A stretch of 64,000 nucleotides of DNA from an uncultured Spirochaetota bacterium (lineage in GTDB: Bacteria; Spirochaetota; Brevinematia; Brevinematales; JAOACQ01), in contig CAVYGN010000001.1 of the NCBI GenBank assembly GCA_963768055.1, positions 1 through 64,000 of the forward strand, in the 5' to 3' direction. Shown in pieces: positions 19,526 through 29,413 of the stretch. The notes beneath the pieces were generated by a model, which made no database searches, had not been told where the DNA came from, and saw only the letters and a list, made by a program, of their open reading frames with translations. Both the position numbers and the translations under genes were made by a program. Within the stretch, counting starts at the first letter, position 1, and each line of letters begins with the position of its first letter.

Positions 19526-20074
19526 TTATTTATTTCTCCGTTTCTCAAATTCTTTCATTAATCTTGCCTGCGCATTAAATTGTTCTTCATCCATTTCAAA
19601 ACCTGCCTCTTCTTCAAAGCCATTTTGTTCTGCACCGTCAAAACGGAACATTTTCTTTAAAAATCCCCACAATAGTTCCATTTCATCCTTTGAAAATTCC
19701 TTAAAAAGATCCAGAAAAAAGATCATTCCTTTCTCGCTGCATTCTATTGTTGCATGTTTACCAGCCTCGGTTATTTTAACATTGACCACCCGTTTATCCC
19801 GCGGGCTGGGTACTGTGACTATATAACCTTTTTTTTTCATGCTATTTACTAGCTGTTTGATATTCTGTCTGGTAGTTCCCAATTTTACCGCTATGTTGTT
19901 CAATATTGGCCCATCTTCCTTTAAATGAAGAATTGCCATCATTACCATAAGCTGTCTTGACGTTAATTTTCCAAGATACTTATCTCCTACTAACTGAAGC
20001 TTGTTGGAAAGTGAAAAGAGAGTCGCAGAAACCTGCTGCATTAAAAATAGTATTTCTACCGGATTTTCAGCCAT
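19526..20074 (-). CDS. MarR-family transcriptional regulator
   Basis: LTSRQLMVM, LGTTRQNIKQLV, PRDKRVVNVKITEAG. Confidence 0.9.
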   Translation of the reverse strand: MAENPVEILFLMQQVSATLFSLSNKLQLVGDKYLGKLTSRQLMVMMAILHLKEDGPILNNIAVKLGTTRQNIKQLVNSMKKKGYIVTVPSPRDKRVVNVKITEAGKHATIECSEKGMIFFLDLFKEFSKDEMELLWGFLKKMFRFDGAEQNGFEEEAGFEMDEEQFNAQARLMKEFEKRRNK

Positions 20075-20084
20075 ATTTCTTTCT

Positions 20085-20120
20085 CTATAATAATAGGCAA
20101 TATATTGCCTATTATTATAG
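20085..20120. promoter_or_regulatory. Perfect 36-bp palindrome, probable MarR operator
   Basis: CTATAATAATAGGCAATA|TATTGCCTATTATTATAG, 10 bp upstream of the marR start. Confidence 0.75.
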
Positions 20121-20190
20121 CAATTTTTTATACTTTGTCAATAGATCGAATAATTAGAATAAATATTTTTTCTACTTTGTAAATTCTTAT

Positions 20191-20230
20191 AAAAACTCGA
20201 TTTTTTACTGAAATTTTCTGCCAGTCAGGC
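20191..20230. repeat. GCCAGT-family site, partial copy D
   Basis: AAAAACTCGATTTTTTACTGAAATTTTCTGCCAGTCAGG resembles the left halves of copies B and E. Confidence 0.55.
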
Positions 20231-20283
20231 ACCTGTAAAAAATTGGAGCTGCGTGAAAGATCGACAGTGATTCTTATTGTTCA

Positions 20284-20574
20284 TTATTTTGTCATTTGAA
20301 CGATTTTGGTTACTTCGTCTTTATCATAGTATTTTTTATTGATATACTTATGAAGAATACTTGATATTAAAGTCTGATATGGTATGCCCTCATCTTCAGC
20401 AATATTCTTAATCTGTTCAAGGTCATTGTTATTCAATCTTAAGGTTACAACTTTTTTCTTTCCGCCTTTTTTAAGTATGGTTTCAATACTTTTCTTCTTA
20501 TCAAGACTCACTGGCTTATATAAATGAGATTCATTTTCAATTTTTTGCTCGGCTAAATCTAATTTATATTTCAT
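20284..20574 (-). CDS. Antitoxin, CopG/BrnA-like
   Basis: VTLRLNNNDLEQIK..AEDEGIPYQTLISSILHKY. Confidence 0.85.
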   Translation of the reverse strand: MKYKLDLAEQKIENESHLYKPVSLDKKKSIETILKKGGKKKVVTLRLNNNDLEQIKNIAEDEGIPYQTLISSILHKYINKKYYDKDEVTKIVQMTK

Positions 20575-20575
20575 C

Positions 20576-20854
20576 TTAACTCTCCTTATATATTTTATGA
20601 AATTTTCTACTTGGATAAACTGTCTTTATAACTATATTATCATCTTTATCGATTACAAAAGGAACAATATACGTATAATTACGGTATGATATTATAAATA
20701 ATTGCTGATTCTTTTTTGCCGGGTGTTCAAGTATGGCTATATATTCATTGTCTATAAGCAATTGTGCCACTTCATCGATATCAATGTTTCGTTCGAATTT
20801 TAGTTTAATTGCTTTGGCTTCATCACATAGCACCATAATAAAATAATAAACCAA
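20576..20854 (-). CDS. BrnT-like (RelE-fold) toxin; true start probably a few codons inside
   Basis: KLKFERNIDIDEV, LEHP, YIVPFV, IVIKTVYPSRK. Directly upstream of the antitoxin. Confidence 0.8.
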   Translation of the reverse strand: MVYYFIMVLCDEAKAIKLKFERNIDIDEVAQLLIDNEYIAILEHPAKKNQQLFIISYRNYTYIVPFVIDKDDNIVIKTVYPSRKFHKIYKES

Positions 20855-20921
20855 TTAGTTTATATTGTCAATATAATGTAAATTAATAAAAGTCATTGAA
20901 AAAAATTAAAAGTTTTATAAT

Positions 20922-21048
20922 CCAAAAAACTAGTTTTTTGTGTAAAACTTCCGCCAGTCAGGTGCCGAAGGTGCCCGAAGGGTGCCTTAGGTCTTGAACA
21001 GTACCCTGAGCCTTCGGCTCAGGGCAAGTGCTCAATGGCCAGTAAAAT
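20922..21048. repeat. GCCAGT-family site, copy E, with nested REP-like hairpins
   Basis: GCCAGTCAGGTGCCGAAGGTGCCCGAAGGG is identical to copy B; ends GCTCAATGGCCAGTA. Confidence 0.85.
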
Positions 21049-21181
21049 ATTTTCAAAGTCTTATAATTCTATACAGTAAAATGAATTGCACTGTTTGTGT
21101 TTAACGAATTAGCCTACAGGTGAATACGCCTATAGAAAGCTGAGCATTTCTAAACTTTTTCACAATATTTTTAAATTCTGC

Positions 21182-21244
21182 TTGACAAATAAATCTCGGG
21201 TATGCTATGATTGTCTGCCGCTAAATATAGGGTGGTGGGGTATA
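21182..21244 (+). promoter_or_regulatory. Promoter and CsoR-type G-tract operator
   Basis: TTGACA (21182)...TATGAT, then TATAGGGTGGTGGGGTATA just upstream of csoR. Confidence 0.55.
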
Positions 21245-21263
21245 CTATAATAAAGGGGATTTT

Positions 21264-21578
21264 ATGGAAAGAAAATGTGAACACTGTGATACTGACGGAG
21301 TCAGAACAGCTCATCATTCGGAGAAGCTCAAGAATAACATGGTTTCCCGGCTCAACAGGATCGAAGGCCAGGTCAGGGGAATAACCAAGATGATCCTGGA
21401 TGACATTTACTGCGACGATGTCCTGAACCAGTTTCATTCCGTCGAAGCGGCCCTCGCCGGCGTAAAAAGGGTACTCCTTGAAGCACATTTCAGGAGCTGT
21501 GTCATCGGACAGATCAAGGAAGAAAAAGAAGGAGCCATTGAAGAATTTCTTGAAACGGTAGAGAAAATGATTTGTTAA
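21264..21578 (+). CDS. csoR: CsoR-family copper-sensing repressor
   Basis: RLNRIEGQVRGI..MI..DIYCDDVL, EAHFRSCV (Cys-His-Cys ligands). Confidence 0.92.
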   Translation: MERKCEHCDTDGVRTAHHSEKLKNNMVSRLNRIEGQVRGITKMILDDIYCDDVLNQFHSVEAALAGVKRVLLEAHFRSCVIGQIKEEKEGAIEEFLETVEKMIC

Positions 21579-21646
21579 AATAAGCCCCGCATACGGGATT
21601 TGCAAGGATTAATTGTGTGCTATCGCACACAACAAGGAGAATATAG

Positions 21647-24064
21647 ATGGAGAAAGCGATTACGTTAGGTATTACAGGGATGTCATGTGCGTCCTGCTCT
21701 CAAAGGATAGAAAAAGGGCTTATGAAGCTTACCGGAATATTGACCGCGAATATTAATCTCGCCCTGGAAAAAGCTCAGGTTTCCTACGACGATTCACAGG
21801 TTAAGATCGAGGATATAAAGAGGAAAATCGAAGATATCGGCTATGGGGCAATACTTCCGGTAAAGGAAACAAAAAAGAGGGATGGCATTGTAGAGCTTTC
21901 TATAAGCGGTATGACCTGCGCGTCATGCAGCGGAAGAATTGAAAAAAAGCTTTCAAGCCTGGAAGGGATACACCTGGCTAATGTTAACCTTGGGTCGGAA
22001 AGGGCTTATGTCGAATTCGACCCTGTCTTGATAAACCCTGCCGGTATTATCGAAGCCGTACGGGATCTTGGGTACGGTGCGGCAGAGTTTAAGGAAGAAG
22101 CGGAAGATGAAGCGGCTGTTGAAAGGAAAAGGGAAATGCGAAATCTTGGCATCCTCTTCATAATTTCGGCTGCCCTTTCCCTGCCTCTGCTTGCGGGAAT
22201 GTTATTAATGCTCCTGAAAATCGAGTTTTCATTATTTGATAACCCGTATTTCCAGCTTGCCCTCGCCACACCTGTTCAGTTTGTAATAGGTTTCAGATTT
22301 TATAAAAACTCCTGGCACAATTTAAAGTCGCTGTCGCCCGGCATGGATGTGCTTGTAGCTCTCGGTACGTCCGCAGCATACTTCTTCAGCGTCTACAACG
22401 CATTTCTCGGCGGCAATCCCGGACAGCTATATTTCGAAGCTGGAGCGATCATAATCACGCTTGTACTTCTCGGTAAATACCTTGAATCCGTTGCTAAAGG
22501 GAAAACTTCGGAGGCTATTAAGAAACTCCTGTCACTGCAGGCCAAAACTGCCCGGGTTATCAGGGACGGCGTCGAACAGGACTTACCTGTCGAGGACGTT
22601 ATAATTGGAGACAGGATAATAGTAAAACCGGGAGAAAAAGTCCCTGTTGACGGGGTTATAGTGGAAGGATATTCTTCGATCGACGAGAGCATGGTTACGG
22701 GTGAAAGCATGCCGGTCGAGAAGAAGACAAGCTTCACGGTAATAGGAGCGACGCAGAACCTGAACGGCAGTTTCATATTCGAAGCTGAAAAGGTAGGTAA
22801 GGATACGATGCTTTCGCAGATTGTAAAGTTTGTAGAACAGGCCCAGGGTTCGAAAGCGCCTGTTCAGCGTCTCGCGGACCAGGCCGCAAGCGTATTTGTT
22901 CCCTTGGTGCTTGGCATAGCACTTGTCACATTTTTAATATGGATGATCGCGGGTCATGAAATATCCAGAGCAATGATCGCGGCGGTATCCGTCCTGGTGA
23001 TAGCCTGCCCATGTGCCCTGGGACTTGCGACTCCTACAGCTATAATGGTAGGCACTGGAAAGGGCGCGGAAAAGGGCATCCTTATCAAGAGCGGGGAAGC
23101 TCTGGAGAAGGCTTACCGGATAAGCATGGTGGTTTTCGATAAAACGGGAACAATAACGAATGGCAAACCGGCATTGACCGATATATTCCCTTTCGAAGGG
23201 TTTTCAGCAGATGATGTACTGCGCTATGCCGCTATTGCGGAAAATAACTCAAACCACCCCCTCGCCAAACCTATAGTCGATGCGGCAAAAGAAAAAGGCA
23301 TACTGGCTGCGTCGGAAAGATTTGATAACATTCCCGGGAAGGGGGTTGTTGCCAGTTTCAATAATAAGGAAATATTATTCGGAAATAAGAAGCTTTTATC
23401 CGAGCACGGGATAGATATCCGCGATGCGGACCTGGTTATGGAAAAACTTGAAAAAGAAGGAAAAACGGCTATGCTGGCGTCTTACGACGGTAATATCGCC
23501 GGAATTATAGCAGTCGCGGATACGATAAAGGAGAACTCGCATCGAGCCGTGCAAGCCCTGCAGAAAATGGGGATCAGAACAATGATGATAACGGGAGACA
23601 ATGCGAGGACTGCCCAGGCGATTGCAAAACAGGCGGGAATAGATAAAGTCATAGCGGATGTTCTTCCAGGGGATAAGGCAAAGGAAATAGAGATCCTGAA
23701 GAAATCAGGAGAGACCGTTGCGATGGTCGGGGACGGCATCAACGACGCGCCCGCCCTGGCCGCTTCCGACATCGGGATAGCTATCGGTGCGGGAACGGAT
23801 ATCGCCATCGAGGCTTCGGATATTACGCTTGTAAGGAACGATCTGATGTCTATTGTGGACGCGATCGGGCTTTCCAGGAAAACCATGGGGAAAATAAAGC
23901 AGAACCTTTTCTGGGCTTTTATCTATAATAGCATCGGAATACCGTTTGCCGCGCTGGGCCTCCTGAACCCTGTTATAGCGGGGGGCGCGATGGCATTCAG
24001 TTCCGTGTCCGTAGTGACAAATTCACTTTCACTTAAAAGGATTAAATTAGGAGTAAATTCATGA
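21647..24064 (+). CDS. copA: Cu(I)-translocating P1B-ATPase with two HMA domains
   Basis: [44 protein letters not shown]. Confidence 0.96.
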   Translation: MEKAITLGITGMSCASCSQRIEKGLMKLTGILTANINLALEKAQVSYDDSQVKIEDIKRKIEDIGYGAILPVKETKKRDGIVELSISGMTCASCSGRIEKKLSSLEGIHLANVNLGSERAYVEFDPVLINPAGIIEAVRDLGYGAAEFKEEAEDEAAVERKREMRNLGILFIISAALSLPLLAGMLLMLLKIEFSLFDNPYFQLALATPVQFVIGFRFYKNSWHNLKSLSPGMDVLVALGTSAAYFFSVYNAFLGGNPGQLYFEAGAIIITLVLLGKYLESVAKGKTSEAIKKLLSLQAKTARVIRDGVEQDLPVEDVIIGDRIIVKPGEKVPVDGVIVEGYSSIDESMVTGESMPVEKKTSFTVIGATQNLNGSFIFEAEKVGKDTMLSQIVKFVEQAQGSKAPVQRLADQAASVFVPLVLGIALVTFLIWMIAGHEISRAMIAAVSVLVIACPCALGLATPTAIMVGTGKGAEKGILIKSGEALEKAYRISMVVFDKTGTITNGKPALTDIFPFEGFSADDVLRYAAIAENNSNHPLAKPIVDAAKEKGILAASERFDNIPGKGVVASFNNKEILFGNKKLLSEHGIDIRDADLVMEKLEKEGKTAMLASYDGNIAGIIAVADTIKENSHRAVQALQKMGIRTMMITGDNARTAQAIAKQAGIDKVIADVLPGDKAKEIEILKKSGETVAMVGDGINDAPALAASDIGIAIGAGTDIAIEASDITLVRNDLMSIVDAIGLSRKTMGKIKQNLFWAFIYNSIGIPFAALGLLNPVIAGGAMAFSSVSVVTNSLSLKRIKLGVNS

Positions 24065-25851
24065 ATGCGAGAAAGATCTTTAAAATCGAAGGGATGACCT
24101 GCCACCATTGCGAAAACACTATCGAGGAAGCTTTGAAGAAAAAAGAGGGCATCATTAAGGTCGAAGCTCACCATGCCAAAAAAATGGCGAGGATCGAGTA
24201 CGATCCGGCAGTGATATCCGAGGCTGAGATAAAATTAATTATACGCGAAGCCGGATATGAAGTAAAGGATGTATCGGAAGATACCGGTTCGAGCAAAAAA
24301 GCCGTTGAAATCGCGCAGGTTGTGGGAATAAGTCTGGCCCTTCTGGGTATATATTTCCTGATTTCAAAAACGATAGGGTTCAATTTTATCCCCCAGGTAA
24401 ATTCTTCCATGGGGCTCGGAATGATCTTCGTGGTTGGAATCATTACATCTCTTCACTGTGTGGCAATGTGCGGGGGGATAAGCATATCCCAATGCGTGGA
24501 CAAGAAGGGGAATAAATATGCAAACAGCCTGCTCTATAACGCAGGGAGGGTCATTTCATATACGATCCTCGGCGGAATAATCGGAGCTCTGGGTTCTGTA
24601 TTCAATTTTTCCCCGGCCATCAAGGGCGGAATAGCCGTCGTTGCGGGAATCTTTATGGTATTCGTGGGCCTGAGGATGGCGGGAGTTTTCACCTTTCTCA
24701 AGAAGGTTAAAATCCCTTTTGCAGGGATATTTTCAAAATTCGCTCCTAAAAAAACCGGATTGAAAAAACAAAGTTACGGCCCTTTCATTGTAGGCCTTTT
24801 AAACGGGCTTATGCCCTGCGCGCCTCTCCAGGCGATGCAGCTATACGCGCTGGGTTCGGGAAGTGCATTAGCGGGAGCGCTATCGATGTTCTTCTTTTCA
24901 ATAGGCACGATGCCCCTGATGTTCGGCCTGGGCACGGCTGCCTCACTCCTTTCGAGAAAATTCTCGGGAAGCCTGATCAGGATAAGCGCTGTGCTTGTGG
25001 TTTTTCTGGGACTTGTCATGGTGAACCGGGGTATGTCGTTGACCGGAAACGGGGTTGTAATAACCCCGGCTCAGGCAAATGTAGCTGCAATAAAAGGTGA
25101 TCACCAGGAAGTCACCATGGTCGTCAGTCCGAACGGGTACGAACCTATCGTTGTACAGAGGGGTATACCTGTTAGGTGGATCATTAAAGCAAATAGCGAT
25201 TCATTAAACGGCTGTAATAACGGGATCCTTGTTCCGCAGTTCAATATAACGAAAAAACTGGCTCCCGGTGATAATATCGTGGAATTCACTCCGGATACAT
25301 CCGGGAAATTCGGTTATTCATGCTGGATGGGTATGATCCGGAGCACTGTAACGGTTGTTGACGATATAGCAAAGGTAGATCCTGATTCCATAAAAACAAA
25401 CGACCAGTCGGTGCCTCAGAATTATGCCGGAGGATGTTGCAAGGGCGGTACCGGAAAGCCCCTGTCTGAAAGCGATATATATGTACCTCCGGTTGTTAAT
25501 AACCGGCAGGAAGTAACTATTAACGTGGACCAGAACGGTTACAGCCCGGCGATAATCGTAATTCAGAAGGGTGCAGCTTTTAAAGTAAAATTTGTCGCCA
25601 AACAGCTGACATCCTGCAACAGCGGCGTGTTTTTCCCGGAATACGGCGGAGGCCTTGACTTTACAAAGGGACAGCTGGAAACACCGCTTCTCAAAGCCTC
25701 ACGGGATTTTCATTTTACCTGCTGGATGGGCATGATCAAGGGCTTCGGGGCGGTAGTCGACGATGTCAATAATTTTAATAAAGCGGATTTAATAGCCAGG
25801 GCTAGTCTGCCCGGACCCGGCGGCGGCAGGGGCGGATGCTGCGGAAGATGA
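24061..25851 (+). CDS. HMA + DsbD_2/TauE-like membrane domain + two cupredoxin-like domains
   Basis: [31 protein letters not shown] twice, Cys-Cys tails. Confidence 0.88.
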   Translation: MNARKIFKIEGMTCHHCENTIEEALKKKEGIIKVEAHHAKKMARIEYDPAVISEAEIKLIIREAGYEVKDVSEDTGSSKKAVEIAQVVGISLALLGIYFLISKTIGFNFIPQVNSSMGLGMIFVVGIITSLHCVAMCGGISISQCVDKKGNKYANSLLYNAGRVISYTILGGIIGALGSVFNFSPAIKGGIAVVAGIFMVFVGLRMAGVFTFLKKVKIPFAGIFSKFAPKKTGLKKQSYGPFIVGLLNGLMPCAPLQAMQLYALGSGSALAGALSMFFFSIGTMPLMFGLGTAASLLSRKFSGSLIRISAVLVVFLGLVMVNRGMSLTGNGVVITPAQANVAAIKGDHQEVTMVVSPNGYEPIVVQRGIPVRWIIKANSDSLNGCNNGILVPQFNITKKLAPGDNIVEFTPDTSGKFGYSCWMGMIRSTVTVVDDIAKVDPDSIKTNDQSVPQNYAGGCCKGGTGKPLSESDIYVPPVVNNRQEVTINVDQNGYSPAIIVIQKGAAFKVKFVAKQLTSCNSGVFFPEYGGGLDFTKGQLETPLLKASRDFHFTCWMGMIKGFGAVVDDVNNFNKADLIARASLPGPGGGRGGCCGR

Positions 25852-25964
25852 TGGTAAACAAATTAAAGAGGTTATATATGAATCATAAAGGACATTCATC
25901 CCATATGATATGGATGGTCCTTTGCTGCGTGATACCATTGAATCATTGAAACCTCCTTTGATTA

Positions 25965-28322
25965 TTACAACTTTATCCTTTGAATGCGAAGAGAGTTGCT
26001 TAAAACTGAAACGGAACTTAGCGCCATTGCAAGCCCTGCGAAGATGGGATTCAATAATCCAAAGGCGGCGATGGGAATGCCTATTGCGTTGTAGACAAAA
26101 GCAAAGAACAGATTTTGCTTAATATTACGCATTACCATGACGCTCAGGTTTTTAGCCCTGGCTATTCCGATCAGGTTCCCCTTCACAAGGGTGATATCGG
26201 CGCTTTCCATCGCCACATCCGTTCCTGTTCCCATCGCTATGCCGATATCAGCCTGCGCTAGTGCCGGCGCGTCGTTTATCCCGTCTCCGGCCATAGCGAC
26301 AAATGCCCTGTTATTCTGATAATCTTTGACTATCGAGAACTTGTCCTCCGGGAGGCACCCTGCTTTAAAGCCGTCCAGTTTTAATTCATCGGCGACCGCT
26401 TTAGCTGTTATTTCATTGTCGCCTGTCAGCATGACAACTTTCACGTTCCTTTCATGAAGTTCCCTTACAGCCTCCGGAGTGCTTTCCTTGACAGGGTCCG
26501 AAACGCTGATTATTCCTGCGGCCTTATTGCCTGCTATTACAAACATCACAGTTTGTCCTTTCTCCCGGAGATTCGATATTTCCTTTAAATCATAATTTCG
26601 TTCGATCCTATAATGATCCAGGAGATTTTCATTGCCGACGGCTACTTTAGTTCCGTTTATTTTCGACGACGCTCCCAGGCCGGCCAAAGATTTAAAATCA
26701 GTGGATTCCAGGAGCGATATTTTCCTGTCTTTCGCCCCTTTGACAATGGCGGCCGCAAGGGGATGTTCACTGTTTATGTCGACCGAAGCTGCCAATTGGA
26801 GGATATTATCATCGGTCCATCCCGAACCTCCGAAGCTTTTAAAGGTATGCAAAGCCGGTTTCCCCTCGGTCAATGTCCCTGTTTTATCCACAAGGACCGT
26901 ATCGACTTTGCGCATTTCCTGTATCGCTTTTCCATTCTTCAATAGTATACCGTAACTTGCTCCCTTGCCCGTACCGATCATAATGGAAACAGGCGTGGCA
27001 AGTCCGAGTGCGCAGGGACAGGCGATTATCAGGACGGCGATCGCGTAAAGCATTCCCCTGTCCCAGGAGGAGAAAAAAAATCCCCAGATAAAAAATGTGA
27101 TAACGGCTATAGCTACAACTGCCTGGACGAAATATTTCGCCGCGCTGTCGGCCAGTTTCTGTACTGGCGCCTTCGACCGGGAGGCCCGGTTCACCATATC
27201 GATTATACGTGCCAGCAGGGTGTCTTTGCCGACCTTTTCAGCGACGAATATAAAACTGCCATTCGTGTTGATAGTGCCGCCTGTTACCGCATCTCCTTTT
27301 ACTTTTTCAATAGGGACCGGTTCTCCGGTAATCATCGCTTCGTCGATCACCCCGTTCCCCTCGATGATTTTACCGTCCACGGGTATTTTCCCGCCTGGCT
27401 TAACTCTGATATTATCGCCTGCCGTTAAATCCTGAAGGGAAGTTTCGATCTCGACTCCGTTCCTGATTACCAGGGCTTTAGCCGGGACCAGATTCAATAA
27501 TTCTTTTATGGCGTTATTCGTTTTTAAATGCGCCCGTAATTCGAGCATCTGGCCTAAAATAACCAGGGTCAGGATCACCGAGGAAGTTTCAAAATACACG
27601 GCGACATTGCCGTTTCCGCTTTTGTAACTTTCAGGGAATATTCCGGGGAAAAAAGCCCCAATGATGCTGAATAACCAGGCTACTCCGACCCCTATGGTAA
27701 TAAGGGTGAACATATTGAGTTTCCAGTTCATTATGCTTTTAAAGCCCTTTTGAAAAATAAACCCGGCTGCGAAAATTATAACAGGTAGTGAAAGGATAAA
27801 TTGAAGAAACAGACTGATCTTTTGCGGCATCAGATCCATAATAATCTTATTCAAACCGGGGACAAGCTCGCTCATCGCCAGCACAAGAACCGGAATTGTA
27901 AAAATAATGGCGATAATAAATCTGAAAACCATTCTTTGATAAGAAATGAAATCATCATCTTTTTCTGTTTTCTGTTCCGCGCCGAAAGTCAGGACCTTTT
28001 CCAGGTGCATACCGCATACCGGGCAATCGCCGGGTTCAGGATATGTTTTATCTCCTTCGCAGCGCATCGGGCAGATGTACTGCCCCTTTCGGGATACAGA
28101 AATATCAGTGCTGATCCTGTTTTTTAAATTTAATTCCTCGAACGAACTTTGGCTTTCTGAAACACATTGTCCGTTACAGTTATCCTCGCCGCAGATGCAC
28201 CGGATGTTCGTGTTATGGCTGGCGGTTTCAGCTTTTTGCAGCGTCATTCCGCATACAGGGCATTTTCCAGGCTTGGTATAGGTTTTATCGCCTTCACATT
28301 TCATGGGACATTGATAAACCAT
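25965..28322 (-). CDS. copA: Second Cu/Ag P1B-ATPase with N-terminal YxCPM heavy-metal-binding domains
   Basis: YQCPM..PGKCPVCGM-type motif twice, [30 protein letters not shown]. Confidence 0.94.
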   Translation of the reverse strand: MVYQCPMKCEGDKTYTKPGKCPVCGMTLQKAETASHNTNIRCICGEDNCNGQCVSESQSSFEELNLKNRISTDISVSRKGQYICPMRCEGDKTYPEPGDCPVCGMHLEKVLTFGAEQKTEKDDDFISYQRMVFRFIIAIIFTIPVLVLAMSELVPGLNKIIMDLMPQKISLFLQFILSLPVIIFAAGFIFQKGFKSIMNWKLNMFTLITIGVGVAWLFSIIGAFFPGIFPESYKSGNGNVAVYFETSSVILTLVILGQMLELRAHLKTNNAIKELLNLVPAKALVIRNGVEIETSLQDLTAGDNIRVKPGGKIPVDGKIIEGNGVIDEAMITGEPVPIEKVKGDAVTGGTINTNGSFIFVAEKVGKDTLLARIIDMVNRASRSKAPVQKLADSAAKYFVQAVVAIAVITFFIWGFFFSSWDRGMLYAIAVLIIACPCALGLATPVSIMIGTGKGASYGILLKNGKAIQEMRKVDTVLVDKTGTLTEGKPALHTFKSFGGSGWTDDNILQLAASVDINSEHPLAAAIVKGAKDRKISLLESTDFKSLAGLGASSKINGTKVAVGNENLLDHYRIERNYDLKEISNLREKGQTVMFVIAGNKAAGIISVSDPVKESTPEAVRELHERNVKVVMLTGDNEITAKAVADELKLDGFKAGCLPEDKFSIVKDYQNNRAFVAMAGDGINDAPALAQADIGIAMGTGTDVAMESADITLVKGNLIGIARAKNLSVMVMRNIKQNLFFAFVYNAIGIPIAAFGLLNPIFAGLAMALSSVSVLSNSLRIQRIKL

Positions 28323-28658
28323 GATAAGGGCCTCTCTGTCTTTGAAAGCCGGGACAATTTATTAAAAATATAATAATTAATGATGATATAAGCAAAAAAA
28401 GCCCGGGATTTCCCCGGGTATAAGACTATGTTCGACCCCCGGCTGATGGCAATTGAGAGCATTTTTACTCACAAAGCGATCACTTATTTTTTAGCATTTA
28501 TACAATTTATTTGAAAGAATTTATTTTAATTTCTTGTTAAAAAAGATAATCGTATTTATAGTAATGCGTATTTCTTTAATAGATCCCATGACAGACCATC
28601 AATCAAGATAATACGCGTGAGATCATTAAGAGTAAAATAAGTTTTATAGGATAATTTA

Positions 28659-29393
28659 ATGACAGAAAAGAATTATTGGCTTTCCGAAGCAGGCAAAGAC
28701 CAGATTGCTTCTTATTTAGAGGAATCGGATGAATTTTTAGTGGAAAGAAAAACTGCCCTGGAATTGATGTTATCAATAGCCGGCTGGAATTTTAAAGAAC
28801 GGAATAATCTAAAGCTTTTAGATCTTGGCTGTGGAAGCGGAGTAGTTTCTAAAATATTTGCATCGGTAAACCCTGAATTTCACTTTACTCTACTGGATGG
28901 ATCGCATGACATGCTTGAAGCTGCGAAAAATAATATGAAGAATTTTCATTGTGACTATATTCAAACTTCCTTTGAGAAATGGATAACCGAAGATGCGAAC
29001 GATCAGAGTTTTGACTTTGCTTATTCCGGTATGGCCATTCATCATTTAGATTATACGCAAAAACAGCTTCTTTATGGACGGGTTTACAGAGAACTTCAAT
29101 TCGGCGGACTCTTTCTCAATTATGATGTAGTATTACCTTCATCCGAACAGTCGGAAAAATGGCAGTTCCAGATGTGGCGTGACTGGATTAACAACAATAT
29201 GGGAAAACTTGGAAAATCTGAATTGATTGGTAAACACGATAATATGCCTGAGAAAATTTATAAAATGAAAGCTGAAAACAAACCATCATTATTAAAAGAC
29301 AACCTTGATTTGCTTGAAAAATCAGGTTTTCGTGATGTAGATGTATTCTTGAAGCACGGGATTTTCGTATTATACGGCGGGACAAAACCATGA
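28659..29393 (+). CDS. Class I SAM-dependent methyltransferase
   Basis: LLDLGCGSG, LLDGSHDML, AIHHL, GGLFLNYD. Confidence 0.9.
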   Translation: MTEKNYWLSEAGKDQIASYLEESDEFLVERKTALELMLSIAGWNFKERNNLKLLDLGCGSGVVSKIFASVNPEFHFTLLDGSHDMLEAAKNNMKNFHCDYIQTSFEKWITEDANDQSFDFAYSGMAIHHLDYTQKQLLYGRVYRELQFGGLFLNYDVVLPSSEQSEKWQFQMWRDWINNNMGKLGKSELIGKHDNMPEKIYKMKAENKPSLLKDNLDLLEKSGFRDVDVFLKHGIFVLYGGTKP

Positions 29394-29413
29394 AACTGTT
29401 AAACCTAAGAATT

